NCBI GenBank assembly: GCA_963803845.1
Contig: CAWDNZ010000004.1
Coordinates: 768,713 to 832,712 of the forward strand
Source: an uncultured Acidimicrobiales bacterium
Lineage (GTDB): Bacteria > Actinomycetota > Acidimicrobiia > Acidimicrobiales > SZUA-35
Reading direction: 5' to 3'
Length of the DNA: 64,000 bases
The translations under genes and the position numbers were made by a program. Below, piece after piece: positions 18,901 through 26,461 of the stretch. Every line of letters begins with the position of its first letter. Position 1 is the stretch's first letter. The notes under the pieces are model-generated. The model was not told the origin of the DNA. It worked only from the letters and a program-made list of their open reading frames with translations, and searched no databases.

Positions 18901-19181
18901 TCCAATCGATATCTTCCATCGACCAGTTTGATGAAATCGACCCCAGCACCCCGACGCAGACGCGACACGGTCATCCGTAAGGACGCCTGCCATTGGTTGG
19001 GCAAACGATCGGGCCAAATCTCATCGGCAAGAACGTCGGCGGTAAGGCCGCTGGGGCCCGAGGCCACCAGCAGTGCCAGTAGCTGACGCTGGGCGGGCTG
19101 CAGTCTGCGAAACCCGGAATCGGGGACGCGGACGCCGACCTCGCCGATTACCGAGACACGGATTGCATCAACGGTGACCAC
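15927..19181 (-). CDS. SARP-type winged-helix + BTAD + AAA_16-like NTPase (degenerate P-loop) + TPR-like helical repeats; AfsR/STAND-like regulator
   Basis: N-terminus IRVSVIGEVGVRV..LQPAQRQLLALLVASGPSGLTADVLADEIWPDRLP..LRMTVSRLRR...GRYRLEL (OmpR/SARP wHTH). IVLLGGPAGSDRRG sits at the Walker A position and VVIADCHNLDSASLDLL is Walker B-like. About 650 aa of helical repeats follow. The start was taken as the GTG at ~19181; the ORF-track start 19304 would overlap the upstream gene by 82 nt. Confidence 0.75.
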   Translation of the reverse strand: MVTVDAIRVSVIGEVGVRVPDSGFRRLQPAQRQLLALLVASGPSGLTADVLADEIWPDRLPNQWQASLRMTVSRLRRGAGVDFIKLVDGRYRLELDDHQVDAWYAQQIAARSGVALTSGDSERFSEILSSAEIYPGVDPTLTIDASIREIERAQADLIHTAARQGLELRRPVLRSLYRRVLVAPYEEDLGCSIARLHANAGFLLPAKELLNLVRSEIVSTFGTELGQAGRQLQRQIDSGAFGPAASAELAGEVEIPGPSAATPTALHVDESQPAVRDAAVQEVATELIRADPAIVLLGGPAGSDRRGFTAAVIHRAGPPLGRVLLGTCTEGVSLTYEPFLKFLPGLRRRISRDGLEGSGVNQTVLWSSVAEELSTIAAGRPITVVIADCHNLDSASLDLLMFLARSSLGFPLRFLLEGQSDVERSEFKRLAAQLKDLVGIRPHVLAPLNLDEVGLLVSSAYPHASSLVVRGLSEEILGQSKGLPTVVRAVIQTLDPSNLRLPPAGTGQTFEVFSRQVAKLSTSAQSVGVAAAVLGLECSLSDLEQMCDVEFDDLLDIIDELLDTGLMVETTGVDQIAFAHRLAMDEFLITTRGLRLRQLHLRARNLSDDPHRRARHDLLAFPTVPAAEARASQLRSARLLHAAGSFREAADAYRNALSLDESIPLEMRDATKFADAVSRTGALTEAAELRSEIIGACFAAGDWSSALDAAIAGLPEAELIDGDPERFAQLSAIPFTKVDRSRRFELAIHLTRQASLLGREQVARTWVDRAAQAATSASERAAAVVAWRMANDVGVAPSERLERVERALLDTDDDRSRLPLLQLRALDRYQVGDTAMALDANAEFAALSARLSLPLRQWHAQLFESMHHYTVGDWDTARKIADGALAHGQRYAISVAAPTRLAQEFFLMWLEETHADLIPVFDTTPPDDASSLLFKAAHAVSLYASGEESRAIRKALLVTRKVLGAPAAHGLAAVALVAPVLAACNDDELVDRVRQLFVPLRGNALIVGAGVANLGPIDRYEAQLDGPLDEDSARRVVELADSLEMPLWRLKSRLDLANALGSPPDMASIVPIAAGTGLEALLPK

Positions 19182-19222
19182 GGGACAAGTGTGCCGCGTT
19201 GTCGCTGGATCAGCACGTGCCG

Positions 19223-20044
19223 CTAGGAGGAGGATTCCTGACACGGAAGCAACGCCCGGAACCGGATGGAAGGAGATCGCCAGAGATCGCCGGGCATAAC
19301 CCACCGGCCGATCGCATCAGGAGCGGCCGGGCCGGGGTCAAACCCTCCCAGGGCGCCAACCACCACTCTGGCCGCCTCGATGAGCTGCTGACGATCAATC
19401 CGAGAACCGCGACCCCCCCGCAAGACCGGCACGGGTCCGATACTCATCACCTCCGCGGCCACTCGCTGGGAGATCTCCAGATCAACCACCAATCGATCGT
19501 GGTCGGCGCCGGAGTTGAAGGCGAAATACACAAACGACGAACAGGTGTGTGAAACCCTCCGGTTGGTCCATCGTTCCGTCGCCGCCAGACTGGCTCGCCG
19601 GACGACTCGGGCGGCAAGTTCAGGATTGCCATCGCCGGCATGCCAACGAGTTAGGGCAACGAAGCCGGCGAGAACGGCATCGTCCCATGCATAGGCGTTT
19701 CGGCTTCCGATGAAATACCGGGCCCACTCGATCGCCCCCGCCCGGTCCACCTCGTCGCTCAAGCGGGCGACCGCAAGATACGTGTATCCGCCCTGAACCT
19801 GAGCCATGGTCCGTGTAACAAAGCGATCGCCATCTACCTCCACGATGCCCATTGTCCTGCCGTCTGCGGAGTCAACGTAGAGCGCGATCCCAACGTGCCG
19901 CCAGAGTTCACCAGCGCTCGAACATAGGCTCTGAAGGAAGCCGGGACGGGAACAGAACACGATGTCGCCCTCCCTGACCTCGGAAACGTGGATCATCGGT
20001 AGCCGCGCCACCGACTCCGGAAGCGCAGGCGCGGCGGTGGTCAT
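19223..20044 (-). CDS. Permuted papain-like amidase (YaeF/YiiX, C92-like; His before Cys)
   Basis: GDIVFCSRPG...LWRHVGIALYV...GIVEV....SHTCSSFVYFAF shows the permuted NlpC/P60 order. The ATG at 20044 overlaps the upstream stop (ATGA). Confidence 0.65.
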   Translation of the reverse strand: MTTAAPALPESVARLPMIHVSEVREGDIVFCSRPGFLQSLCSSAGELWRHVGIALYVDSADGRTMGIVEVDGDRFVTRTMAQVQGGYTYLAVARLSDEVDRAGAIEWARYFIGSRNAYAWDDAVLAGFVALTRWHAGDGNPELAARVVRRASLAATERWTNRRVSHTCSSFVYFAFNSGADHDRLVVDLEISQRVAAEVMSIGPVPVLRGGRGSRIDRQQLIEAARVVVGALGGFDPGPAAPDAIGRWVMPGDLWRSPSIRFRALLPCQESSS

Positions 20045-20910
20045 AGAGCCACCAATTCCGTTGTGGCGGAAACCAGCGGTTGCGACGAAGGCGCCTCCAA
20101 TGCGGCGTAGCCAGCCCATTCAAACGGAGGTCGATCACTCCGCAACGCCTGGACAGACCGGAGAGCTTCATCCGGGCTCAGTCCATTGGCGATCGCCGCC
20201 ACCAAGGCATCCCCCAGCGGCTCGCAATGCCGATCCTCCACATCCCAAAGGGTCACGACGGCCGCAGTGATTCCGCGGCTTCTGACGCGGGGCAACAGGT
20301 CCGTGGTTCGACAGCCCATCAACAGCAGAATGTCAGAGCTTCCCACCGCCACCTCCTTGAGCAGCGTCTGAATCTCCTCCTGGTGTCCGTCCAATCGATG
20401 GATTCGAGCATTGGAATACCACCGATGGGGTCGATGGGGTCCCGTGAGTCTCGGTCGATACGCCGTTGCCTGCGCCTCGCCAACATCGTCGCCTAATGGC
20501 GCTGCTCCACCAACGAGTTGAACCGTGACAGCGCTCAGATGGACCAGAGACTCACCGCTTGCAGTACACCGGGCAGTGGCGATGGGCAGTCGGATAAGTT
20601 CATACGGCACCCGGACAACGAGCGACGGGACGCCACCCAGGTACCGGGCCAGCGGCTCCACCAGTCGGCTCCATGTGCTGGTCAGCAACCGTTCCACAAC
20701 TGCATTGCGGGCGGCCACTGCGTAGGTGTACTCCGAGCACGCATGTACCCGGTCCACTTCGGCGACTTTCTCCAGCAGATCCTGAATCCCGAGCCCAGGC
20801 AGCGGGATAGTCAGCCCCGTCCTACCGTCATCTCCGGCCGAGAGTTCCCAGCGCCAACTCGTGTGCCGGTCCCCTGGGGCCAACAAGGTTGCGATGGGTC
20901 GCCCGCTCAT
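20041..20910 (-). CDS. Minimal CHAT-domain (caspase-like, clan CD) protein
   Basis: C-terminal half: IHRLDGH (His), ILLLMGCRT (Cys), then GITAAVVTLWDVEDRHCEPLGDALVAAIANGLSPDEALRSVQALRSDRPPFEWAGYAALEA. This follows the CHAT C-terminal signature (vvasLW.v.D....f...l..G.s..eALr.Aq..l....P..Wa.f.l). I do not recognise the N-terminal ~150 aa. Confidence 0.6.
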   Translation of the reverse strand: MSGRPIATLLAPGDRHTSWRWELSAGDDGRTGLTIPLPGLGIQDLLEKVAEVDRVHACSEYTYAVAARNAVVERLLTSTWSRLVEPLARYLGGVPSLVVRVPYELIRLPIATARCTASGESLVHLSAVTVQLVGGAAPLGDDVGEAQATAYRPRLTGPHRPHRWYSNARIHRLDGHQEEIQTLLKEVAVGSSDILLLMGCRTTDLLPRVRSRGITAAVVTLWDVEDRHCEPLGDALVAAIANGLSPDEALRSVQALRSDRPPFEWAGYAALEAPSSQPLVSATTELVAL

Positions 20911-20984
20911 GGCTCAGGGCGGCGGAGGATGCTGCTCATGCGACAAGATACTAGTAGCTAGTAGCAACACGGATCCGGACCCCA

Positions 20985-21121
20985 GGAGCCTGCGGCGCGA
21001 TGGGAGCTGGCTGAGAGATTGCTGCTCACGATGTCAGCGCACCCGGGAGCCTGGGCGCAATGGGAGCTGGCTGAGAGATTGCTGCTCACGTTGTCAGCGC
21101 ACCCGGGAGCCTGCGGCGCGA
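20985..21121. repeat. 60/61-bp tandem repeat (~2.3 units) formed from the outer arm of the palindromic element
   Basis: TGGGAGCTGGCTGAGAGATTGCTGCTCACG(A/T)TGTCAGCGCACCCGGGAGCCTG(G/C)G(C)GCG(C)A(A) occurs at 21001-21060 and 21061-21121, preceded by a partial unit from 20985. Confidence 0.9.
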
Positions 21122-21412
21122 TGGGAGCTGGCTGAGAGATTGCTGTCCCTCTGGGAGGCGTTCAAGCGCCACGCAGGCTTTCGCCTGCCCGGCCTACAAC
21201 AGATCCTCGGTTACTGGTTCGCTTAACTACTCAACGGGCCACATCCCTCCGGGGGTTCTCAACACCCAGGCGAAGCTAAGCACTTTGAGCAGTTCAAGCT
21301 CAAAATCACACAACCAGTTAGTGCAGCGCCGGAGGCGAGAGCCTCCGTGGCGCCTGAACGGCCCCCGGAGGGACAGCAATCATGCTCCCAGCTGACATCG
21401 CCCCGGAGGGAC
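21089..21412. repeat. Long imperfect palindrome, copy B of the interspersed repeat family
   Basis: Arms GGAGCCTGCGGCGCGATGGGAGCTGGCTGAGAGATTGCTGTCCCTCTGGGAGGCGTTCAAGCGCCACGCAGGCTTTCGCCTGC and GCGCCGGAGGCGAGAGCCTCCGTGGCGCCTGAACGGCCCCCGGAGGGACAGCAATCATGCTCCCAGCTGACATCGCC. The centre shares CCTACAACAGATCCTCGGTTACTGG..ACTCAACGGGCCACATCCC with copy A. Confidence 0.85.
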
Positions 21413-21421
21413 AACACAGCG

Positions 21422-22612
21422 TTAGAGCATTTCGATGATGGTGGCGTTGGCGAGGCCGCCGCCTTCGCACATCGTCTGCAAACCGTATTTGCCGCCGGTC
21501 CGTTCGAGTTCGTGCACCATGGTGGTCATGAGTCGGGCGCCGGAGCCGCCCAACGGATGGCCCAGGGCGATCGCTCCCCCGTTGGGATTCACCTTGTCCA
21601 TGTTGGGATGATGCTCTTTGGCCCAGGCCAAGACCACAGAGGCAAACGCCTCGTTCACTTCGAAATGGTCGATGTCATTCATCGTGAGGTTGGCCTTCTT
21701 CAAGACCTTCTCGGTAGCAGGGATGGGGCCGGTGAGCATGGTGACCGGATCCACGCCGGCGAGGGCGAAGCTGTGGAACTTGGCCTTGGGCGTGAGGCCA
21801 AGCTCGGCGGCCTTGCTGGCGCTCATGATGAGCAGCGCCGATGCTCCGTCGGTGATCTGGCTGCTGTTGGCGGCCGTGACCTTGCCATCCTCCTTGAACG
21901 CCGGCTTCAAGCTCGCGATCTTTTCCATGATGGGTTCACGAAGGCCACCGTCTGTCGTCACCATCTGGCCGGTCACTGTGACCTTGCCGGTGTCTCGGTC
22001 TCGGATCTTTTCGGCGACGGGAACGATTTCGGCATCAAATCGGCCCTCATCCCGGGCCTGGATCGCCAACCGTTGGGACCGGAAGCCGTACTCGTCCAGA
22101 TCTTGCCGTGAGATATCCCACTTGTCGGCGATCATCTCGGCCCCAATGCCTTGGCCGACCAAGCCCCCGTCTTCGGCGTAACGCTCCTGCATTGCGTCGG
22201 TGAAGGCGAAGCCGGTCTGTTTCAACATCTGCGTCGCACCCATTGGCACGAAACTCATCACTTCTACTCCGGCGGCGATGACTACGTCGTACGCTCCGGC
22301 CATGACACCCTGGGCGGCAAAGTGAGCCGACTGTTGTGAGGAGCCACATTGACGATCGATTGTGGTAGCCGGGACCGACTCGGGCCAACCTGCGGTGAGA
22401 ACGGCGTTTCGTCCCACATTGAGCCCTTGGGCTCCCACCTGCATGACACAGCCCATGATCACATCGTCCACGAGCACCGGATCCAGGCTGTTCCGTTCGG
22501 CGATCGCTTTGAGCACTTCGGCGGCGAGATCGGCTGGGTGCCAGCCCGACAGCTTCCCAAAACGTTTGCCCATCGGGGTGCGAACGGCATCAATGATTAC
22601 GGCTTCTTCCAT
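21422..22612 (-). CDS. Acetyl-CoA C-acetyltransferase (thiolase)
   Basis: [13 protein letters not shown], active-site [27 protein letters not shown] and CEGGGLANA motifs. Confidence 0.92.
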   Translation of the reverse strand: MEEAVIIDAVRTPMGKRFGKLSGWHPADLAAEVLKAIAERNSLDPVLVDDVIMGCVMQVGAQGLNVGRNAVLTAGWPESVPATTIDRQCGSSQQSAHFAAQGVMAGAYDVVIAAGVEVMSFVPMGATQMLKQTGFAFTDAMQERYAEDGGLVGQGIGAEMIADKWDISRQDLDEYGFRSQRLAIQARDEGRFDAEIVPVAEKIRDRDTGKVTVTGQMVTTDGGLREPIMEKIASLKPAFKEDGKVTAANSSQITDGASALLIMSASKAAELGLTPKAKFHSFALAGVDPVTMLTGPIPATEKVLKKANLTMNDIDHFEVNEAFASVVLAWAKEHHPNMDKVNPNGGAIALGHPLGGSGARLMTTMVHELERTGGKYGLQTMCEGGGLANATIIEML

Positions 22613-22663
22613 CCCCGAATCGTCCTACGTCGTCGCCCTTGTCCGCAAATCGCCGCTCAGGCG

Positions 22664-23260
22664 CTACGGGTTCGCCACAGACACTCCACACCGTTCGAGG
22701 AAATTGGCGATCATGGTCTTTCCGCCCACGGTGAGAACAGATTCGGGATGAAACTGGACCCCCTCCACCTCGAGATCCCGGTGACGCATCCCCATGATGA
22801 CGCCATCCGCAGTAGAGGCGGTGACCTCCAGAGACGCCGGGAGGTCATCGGCCCGGACGATGAGTGAATGGTAGCGAGTGGTCTGAATTGGGCTGGACAA
22901 ACCGGCGAACACCCCGGTGCCGTTGTGTTCAGTGTCAGAGGTCTTGCCGTGCATGAGTTCTGGGGCACCGATCACGGTGCCGCCGTACAACTCCCCGATC
23001 GCTTGGTGCCCCAGACAGACACCGAGAACCGGTACCGAGCCTGCGAATGCTCGAATGGCTTCGATGCTCACGCCAGCAGCTGCGGGCCGACCCGGACCAG
23101 GAGAGATAAGCACGCCATCAGGTTTCATTGCCACGAGTTCCGGAACGGTTGCGACGTCGTTGCGAACCACGATCGGCGTGGCCCCGAGCTCGCCGAGGTA
23201 TTGCACGAGGATGTAGACGAACGAGTCGTAGTTGTCGATCACCAGAATCTTGGGAGCCAC
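22664..23260 (-). CDS. trpG: Anthranilate/aminodeoxychorismate synthase component II (glutamine amidotransferase)
   Basis: [33 protein letters not shown] (Cys), GVQFHPES. Its position beside crgA/pknB mirrors the mycobacterial Rv0013 context. Confidence 0.9.
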   Translation of the reverse strand: MAPKILVIDNYDSFVYILVQYLGELGATPIVVRNDVATVPELVAMKPDGVLISPGPGRPAAAGVSIEAIRAFAGSVPVLGVCLGHQAIGELYGGTVIGAPELMHGKTSDTEHNGTGVFAGLSSPIQTTRYHSLIVRADDLPASLEVTASTADGVIMGMRHRDLEVEGVQFHPESVLTVGGKTMIANFLERCGVSVANP

Positions 23261-23346
23261 GAGGCCAACGGTATCGCTTCGGAGTAGGTGGTTTCGCCGT
23301 TCCCGATGCCGCGCCCACTTCTCCCCGACCGGCTACGGTTTTGGGC

Positions 23347-23631
23347 GTGGCACGTCCTGACCCCAGCAAAAGCCGAGTGACGCCGAAGGGCACCCAGCCC
23401 GAAGGCCAGGTGAGCGAGCGGTCCATTCGCCCGGAACCAGTTGCACCGCTTCCCCCTTCGCCCATGTATGTCCCCGCGATCATGGTGATCGGGTTTGTGG
23501 GAGGTCTCATGATGATCCTGGGCAACTACCTCTTTACGAGCGACGCGCTGGGCACACCGAGCAACTGGTACCTGTTGGGTGGATTGGGCCTCGTCCTCGT
23601 GGGAATTCTGGCGGCTACGCAATACCGCTGA
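23347..23631 (+). CDS. crgA: Cell division protein CrgA
   Basis: Basic N-terminus (ARPDPSKSRVTPKG) followed by two TM segments (YVPAIMVIGFVGGLMMILGNYLF, NWYLLGGLGLVLVGILAATQY). Start is ambiguous: GTG at 23347 or GTG at 23377. Confidence 0.7.
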   Translation: MARPDPSKSRVTPKGTQPEGQVSERSIRPEPVAPLPPSPMYVPAIMVIGFVGGLMMILGNYLFTSDALGTPSNWYLLGGLGLVLVGILAATQYR

Positions 23632-23845
23632 GCAACCTCACGGCGACCAACTGCCGCGAAAAGGAGCGATCCGCGCGACCACCCGCACGCACGGCGCGAA
23701 GTGCTCGAGAAACTTCCCGGTTTGGGTAAAAATCCTGTTTTCGAGGTAGCGCCTGCCGGTCGGTCTGTCGTAGGATCTCATGAGCAAGGGGGCACCGTTA
23801 CGAACTGGTGACGGAAACCCTTCGGGATTGTTACATCCCACAGGG

Positions 23846-23887
23846 TTATCCACCACTGTGGAAATCCTGAACCGCTAGTTTTCCACA
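23846..23887. promoter_or_regulatory. Cluster of three DnaA-box-like 9-mers
   Basis: TTATCCACC (23846-23854), TGTGGAAAT (23857-23865, i.e. ATTTCCACA on the other strand) and TTTTCCACA (23879-23887). All fit TTWTNCACA with at most one deviation, and the first two form an inverted pair. Confidence 0.5.
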
Positions 23888-23952
23888 GGCGTATTCGCAG
23901 GTGAGCGAGGTTTTCCCCATACTTGCGAACAGCTCATTGGACAAGTAGCGTG

Positions 23953-24393
23953 TCACAGCACGTCGTCCAGGTTAGTTGTCAGCACCATGGGCTCCGAGCA
24001 GTGCCGAGGGGGCTCTGGCACCTGGTCATTCGCCAATGTCAGCCGGAGTTCCGTTCCGCAGATTTCGCAACGGTAGGTAAGTTTTACCCGGCGTAGCTCT
24101 CCGGGCGGTGGAGCGTCGGGCACAGGGCGGGCGAACGCCCCGATCACCGCTACTCCGGCCATGAAAAGGGCATAGGAAACCGCCACTGCGACCACCGTCC
24201 GGACCAGCCCGAATCCTGCGAGAATCAAGACCAGGGCGGCGACCAGGGCGACAACTCGCACTCGAGAACGCCGCCGCCGCTGAACCTCCGCGTCATGGGC
24301 TGATGCGCCACCGATGATGGAATCGTCGGCATCGATGAAATCGGGAAAATCGGTGGTCGGTTCGAACTCCGAGCCCGGCGGTTGTTCGTCCAC
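23953..24393 (-). CDS. Hypothetical membrane protein with C-terminal Cys-rich (zinc-ribbon-like) tail
   Basis: 146 aa. Acidic N-terminus, two TM segments (VVALVAALVLILAGFGLV, VSYALFMAGVAVIGAF), then CEICG...HC. Directly downstream of pknB. Confidence 0.5.
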   Translation of the reverse strand: MDEQPPGSEFEPTTDFPDFIDADDSIIGGASAHDAEVQRRRRSRVRVVALVAALVLILAGFGLVRTVVAVAVSYALFMAGVAVIGAFARPVPDAPPPGELRRVKLTYRCEICGTELRLTLANDQVPEPPRHCSEPMVLTTNLDDVL

Positions 24394-24423
24394 CGGCCCA
24401 TCGTAGACCCAGATCGTCGGGAA

Positions 24424-26406
24424 CTACCCGCCGTCGGCGGGCGGGTCCGTAGCGGGAGGCTGGGTTGTTGGAGGCTGGGTTGGCGGCGGCGGCGCCAGTT
24501 CTACACCGACCCGAATAGTCACCGTGGACCCAGTGACCAGGGCCGTATTCCCGGCCGGGTTTTGGGATAGGACCACGCCGGCATCGGGTGAACCATTTGG
24601 CACGTCGACCAGCTCCACGAAGGGTGCGAACCCGGCCGCTTCCAAAGCGTTTTGGGCCGATGCTTGATCCAGTCCCACGACCGGTGGAACCACGGCTTCC
24701 GGTGGACCGGTGGAAACGATCAAAAGAATCACGCGGTCAATGGACACCGGCGTGCCGGCGGCGGGATCGGTACGTATCACCAGACCCTCCTGGACCGTCT
24801 CCGATGCTTCCTGCACCAGCGTGGGGTTTGGCAAGCCGGCTCGACCCAACTCATTCGAAGCCACGATCACGGTCATGTTGGCTACCTCGGGGACATCCAC
24901 CTGGTCCGGGCCACTGGATACGATGAGATTGACCTCACTGCCGCGATCCAACTCCTGATTGGGCGCCGGCTCGGACCGGATGACAACGTTCTCCTCGATA
25001 TCGCTGCTCGGTTCGATGCTGAAATCAACAATGAAGCCGTCTTCGTTCAAACGCCGAGTTGCCTCATCCAACTTGAACCCGGAAACATCCTGGAGCACGA
25101 CTTTCTGTGAATCCTGAGCCACGGTGATCAGGACGGTTCCGCCCCGCTCGATCGGAGTTCCGGCCAGCGGAGACTGAGCGGTCACCGTGCCCGGCGCGAT
25201 ACCGGGCTCGGCGGGTTGGAAGTCGGTGTCCACGAAGAGCCCAAGCTCTCGGAGAATGGCTTCGGCCTCCGCCTCGGTTCGTCCCGTGACGCCGGGAACT
25301 TCCACGGTGTCCGACGCAGCGTCAGATTCACCATCGCCAAAATTGACATAGATGTAGGAGGCGATCCCGGCCACGCCGAGGATCATGAGCACCAGCGCTA
25401 TGAGGAAGAGACCATTGCGCCGGGCCGGTTCCACGTATTCAACGGGAGCGCCAGGCGGAACCATGGCCGGTGCGGCGATCGACGTGGCGGCCGCCGGGAG
25501 CATCGACGTTGCGGCGGCGGCGACGGCGACGTCGGCGGTGATCGCTTTTCGATTCGGGACCGGAAGTACCGAACCATCGGTGGAACTTCGTAACTCCGCC
25601 CGCAGCTCTTCGGCCGATGCGAAGCGATCGTGGGGCGCTTTGGCCAGCAGCCGATCGATCACCGCACCGAGCCGGCCCGGCACGTTGGGATTGATTTGGG
25701 CAGGGGTAGGCGGCTCATCCTGGACGTGTTTGTAGGCGATCGCCACCGGTGATTCCCCGGAGAAGGGCGGTTGGCCGGTGACCATCTCGAAGAGGACAAC
25801 ACCAAGGCTGTACAAATCGCTCCGTGGATCGACCTGTTTCCCTTGAGCCTGCTCTGGCGAGAAATATGTTGCCGTCCCCATGACCGACCCGGTCTGGGTG
25901 AGATCGTCACCTCCGCCAAACGCACGAGCGATACCGAAGTCGGTGACTTTCACTTGTCCGGTCGGCGTGATCAGAATATTGCCGGGTTTCACATCGCGGT
26001 GAATGGTTCCGTTGCGGTGAGCGAATCCCAGCGCGGCGGCGGTGTCGATCGCTATCTCGGTGGCTCGATCAGGATGCAGCACTCCTTCGGTGCGCAGCAC
26101 GTCGGCCAGACTCCGACCCTCCACGTACTCCATCACGATGAAGTACGTCTGGTCGTATTCTCCCCAATCGTAAACCGCCACAATGCTGGGGTGGTTCAAG
26201 TTGGCTGCGGCCTGGGCCTCTCGTCGGAAGCGCTCAACGAACAGTGGTTCCGATGCGAATTGTGGGAAGAGCACCTTCACGGCAACGGGTCGGTCCAGCA
26301 GTTGGTCATGCGCCAAAAAGACATCGGCCATACCGCCCCGGGCCAGACGACGGTGCAGTTCATAGCGTCCGTTTAGGACGGGGCGGGGTTTGGACGATTC
26401 AGTCAC
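24424..26406 (-). CDS. pknB: Ser/Thr protein kinase with extracellular PASTA repeats
   Basis: Hanks kinase motifs (AVKVL, HRDVKPGNILI, DFGIA, SPEQA). One TM segment, four PASTA-like repeats, and a Pro/Thr-rich tail. Confidence 0.92.
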   Translation of the reverse strand: MTESSKPRPVLNGRYELHRRLARGGMADVFLAHDQLLDRPVAVKVLFPQFASEPLFVERFRREAQAAANLNHPSIVAVYDWGEYDQTYFIVMEYVEGRSLADVLRTEGVLHPDRATEIAIDTAAALGFAHRNGTIHRDVKPGNILITPTGQVKVTDFGIARAFGGGDDLTQTGSVMGTATYFSPEQAQGKQVDPRSDLYSLGVVLFEMVTGQPPFSGESPVAIAYKHVQDEPPTPAQINPNVPGRLGAVIDRLLAKAPHDRFASAEELRAELRSSTDGSVLPVPNRKAITADVAVAAAATSMLPAAATSIAAPAMVPPGAPVEYVEPARRNGLFLIALVLMILGVAGIASYIYVNFGDGESDAASDTVEVPGVTGRTEAEAEAILRELGLFVDTDFQPAEPGIAPGTVTAQSPLAGTPIERGGTVLITVAQDSQKVVLQDVSGFKLDEATRRLNEDGFIVDFSIEPSSDIEENVVIRSEPAPNQELDRGSEVNLIVSSGPDQVDVPEVANMTVIVASNELGRAGLPNPTLVQEASETVQEGLVIRTDPAAGTPVSIDRVILLIVSTGPPEAVVPPVVGLDQASAQNALEAAGFAPFVELVDVPNGSPDAGVVLSQNPAGNTALVTGSTVTIRVGVELAPPPPTQPPTTQPPATDPPADGG

Positions 26407-26461
26407 AGCGTGCCAAGGGTAGTGAACGATTGGGTAACTAGGTGGTCAACAGGTCCGGTCG

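Noticed and set aside
20985-21121. 60-bp tandem array (and the 66-bp array at 56471-56653) as possible CRISPR arrays.
   Set aside because: The units are directly contiguous with no unique spacers, only 2-3 copies exist, there are no cas genes in the window, and the units are fragments of the interspersed palindromic element.
23638-23856. 72-aa minus-strand ORF in the crgA downstream spacer.
   Set aside because: No start-proximal ribosome-binding site and atypical composition. It overlaps the DnaA-box and promoter-like features, which explain the region better.
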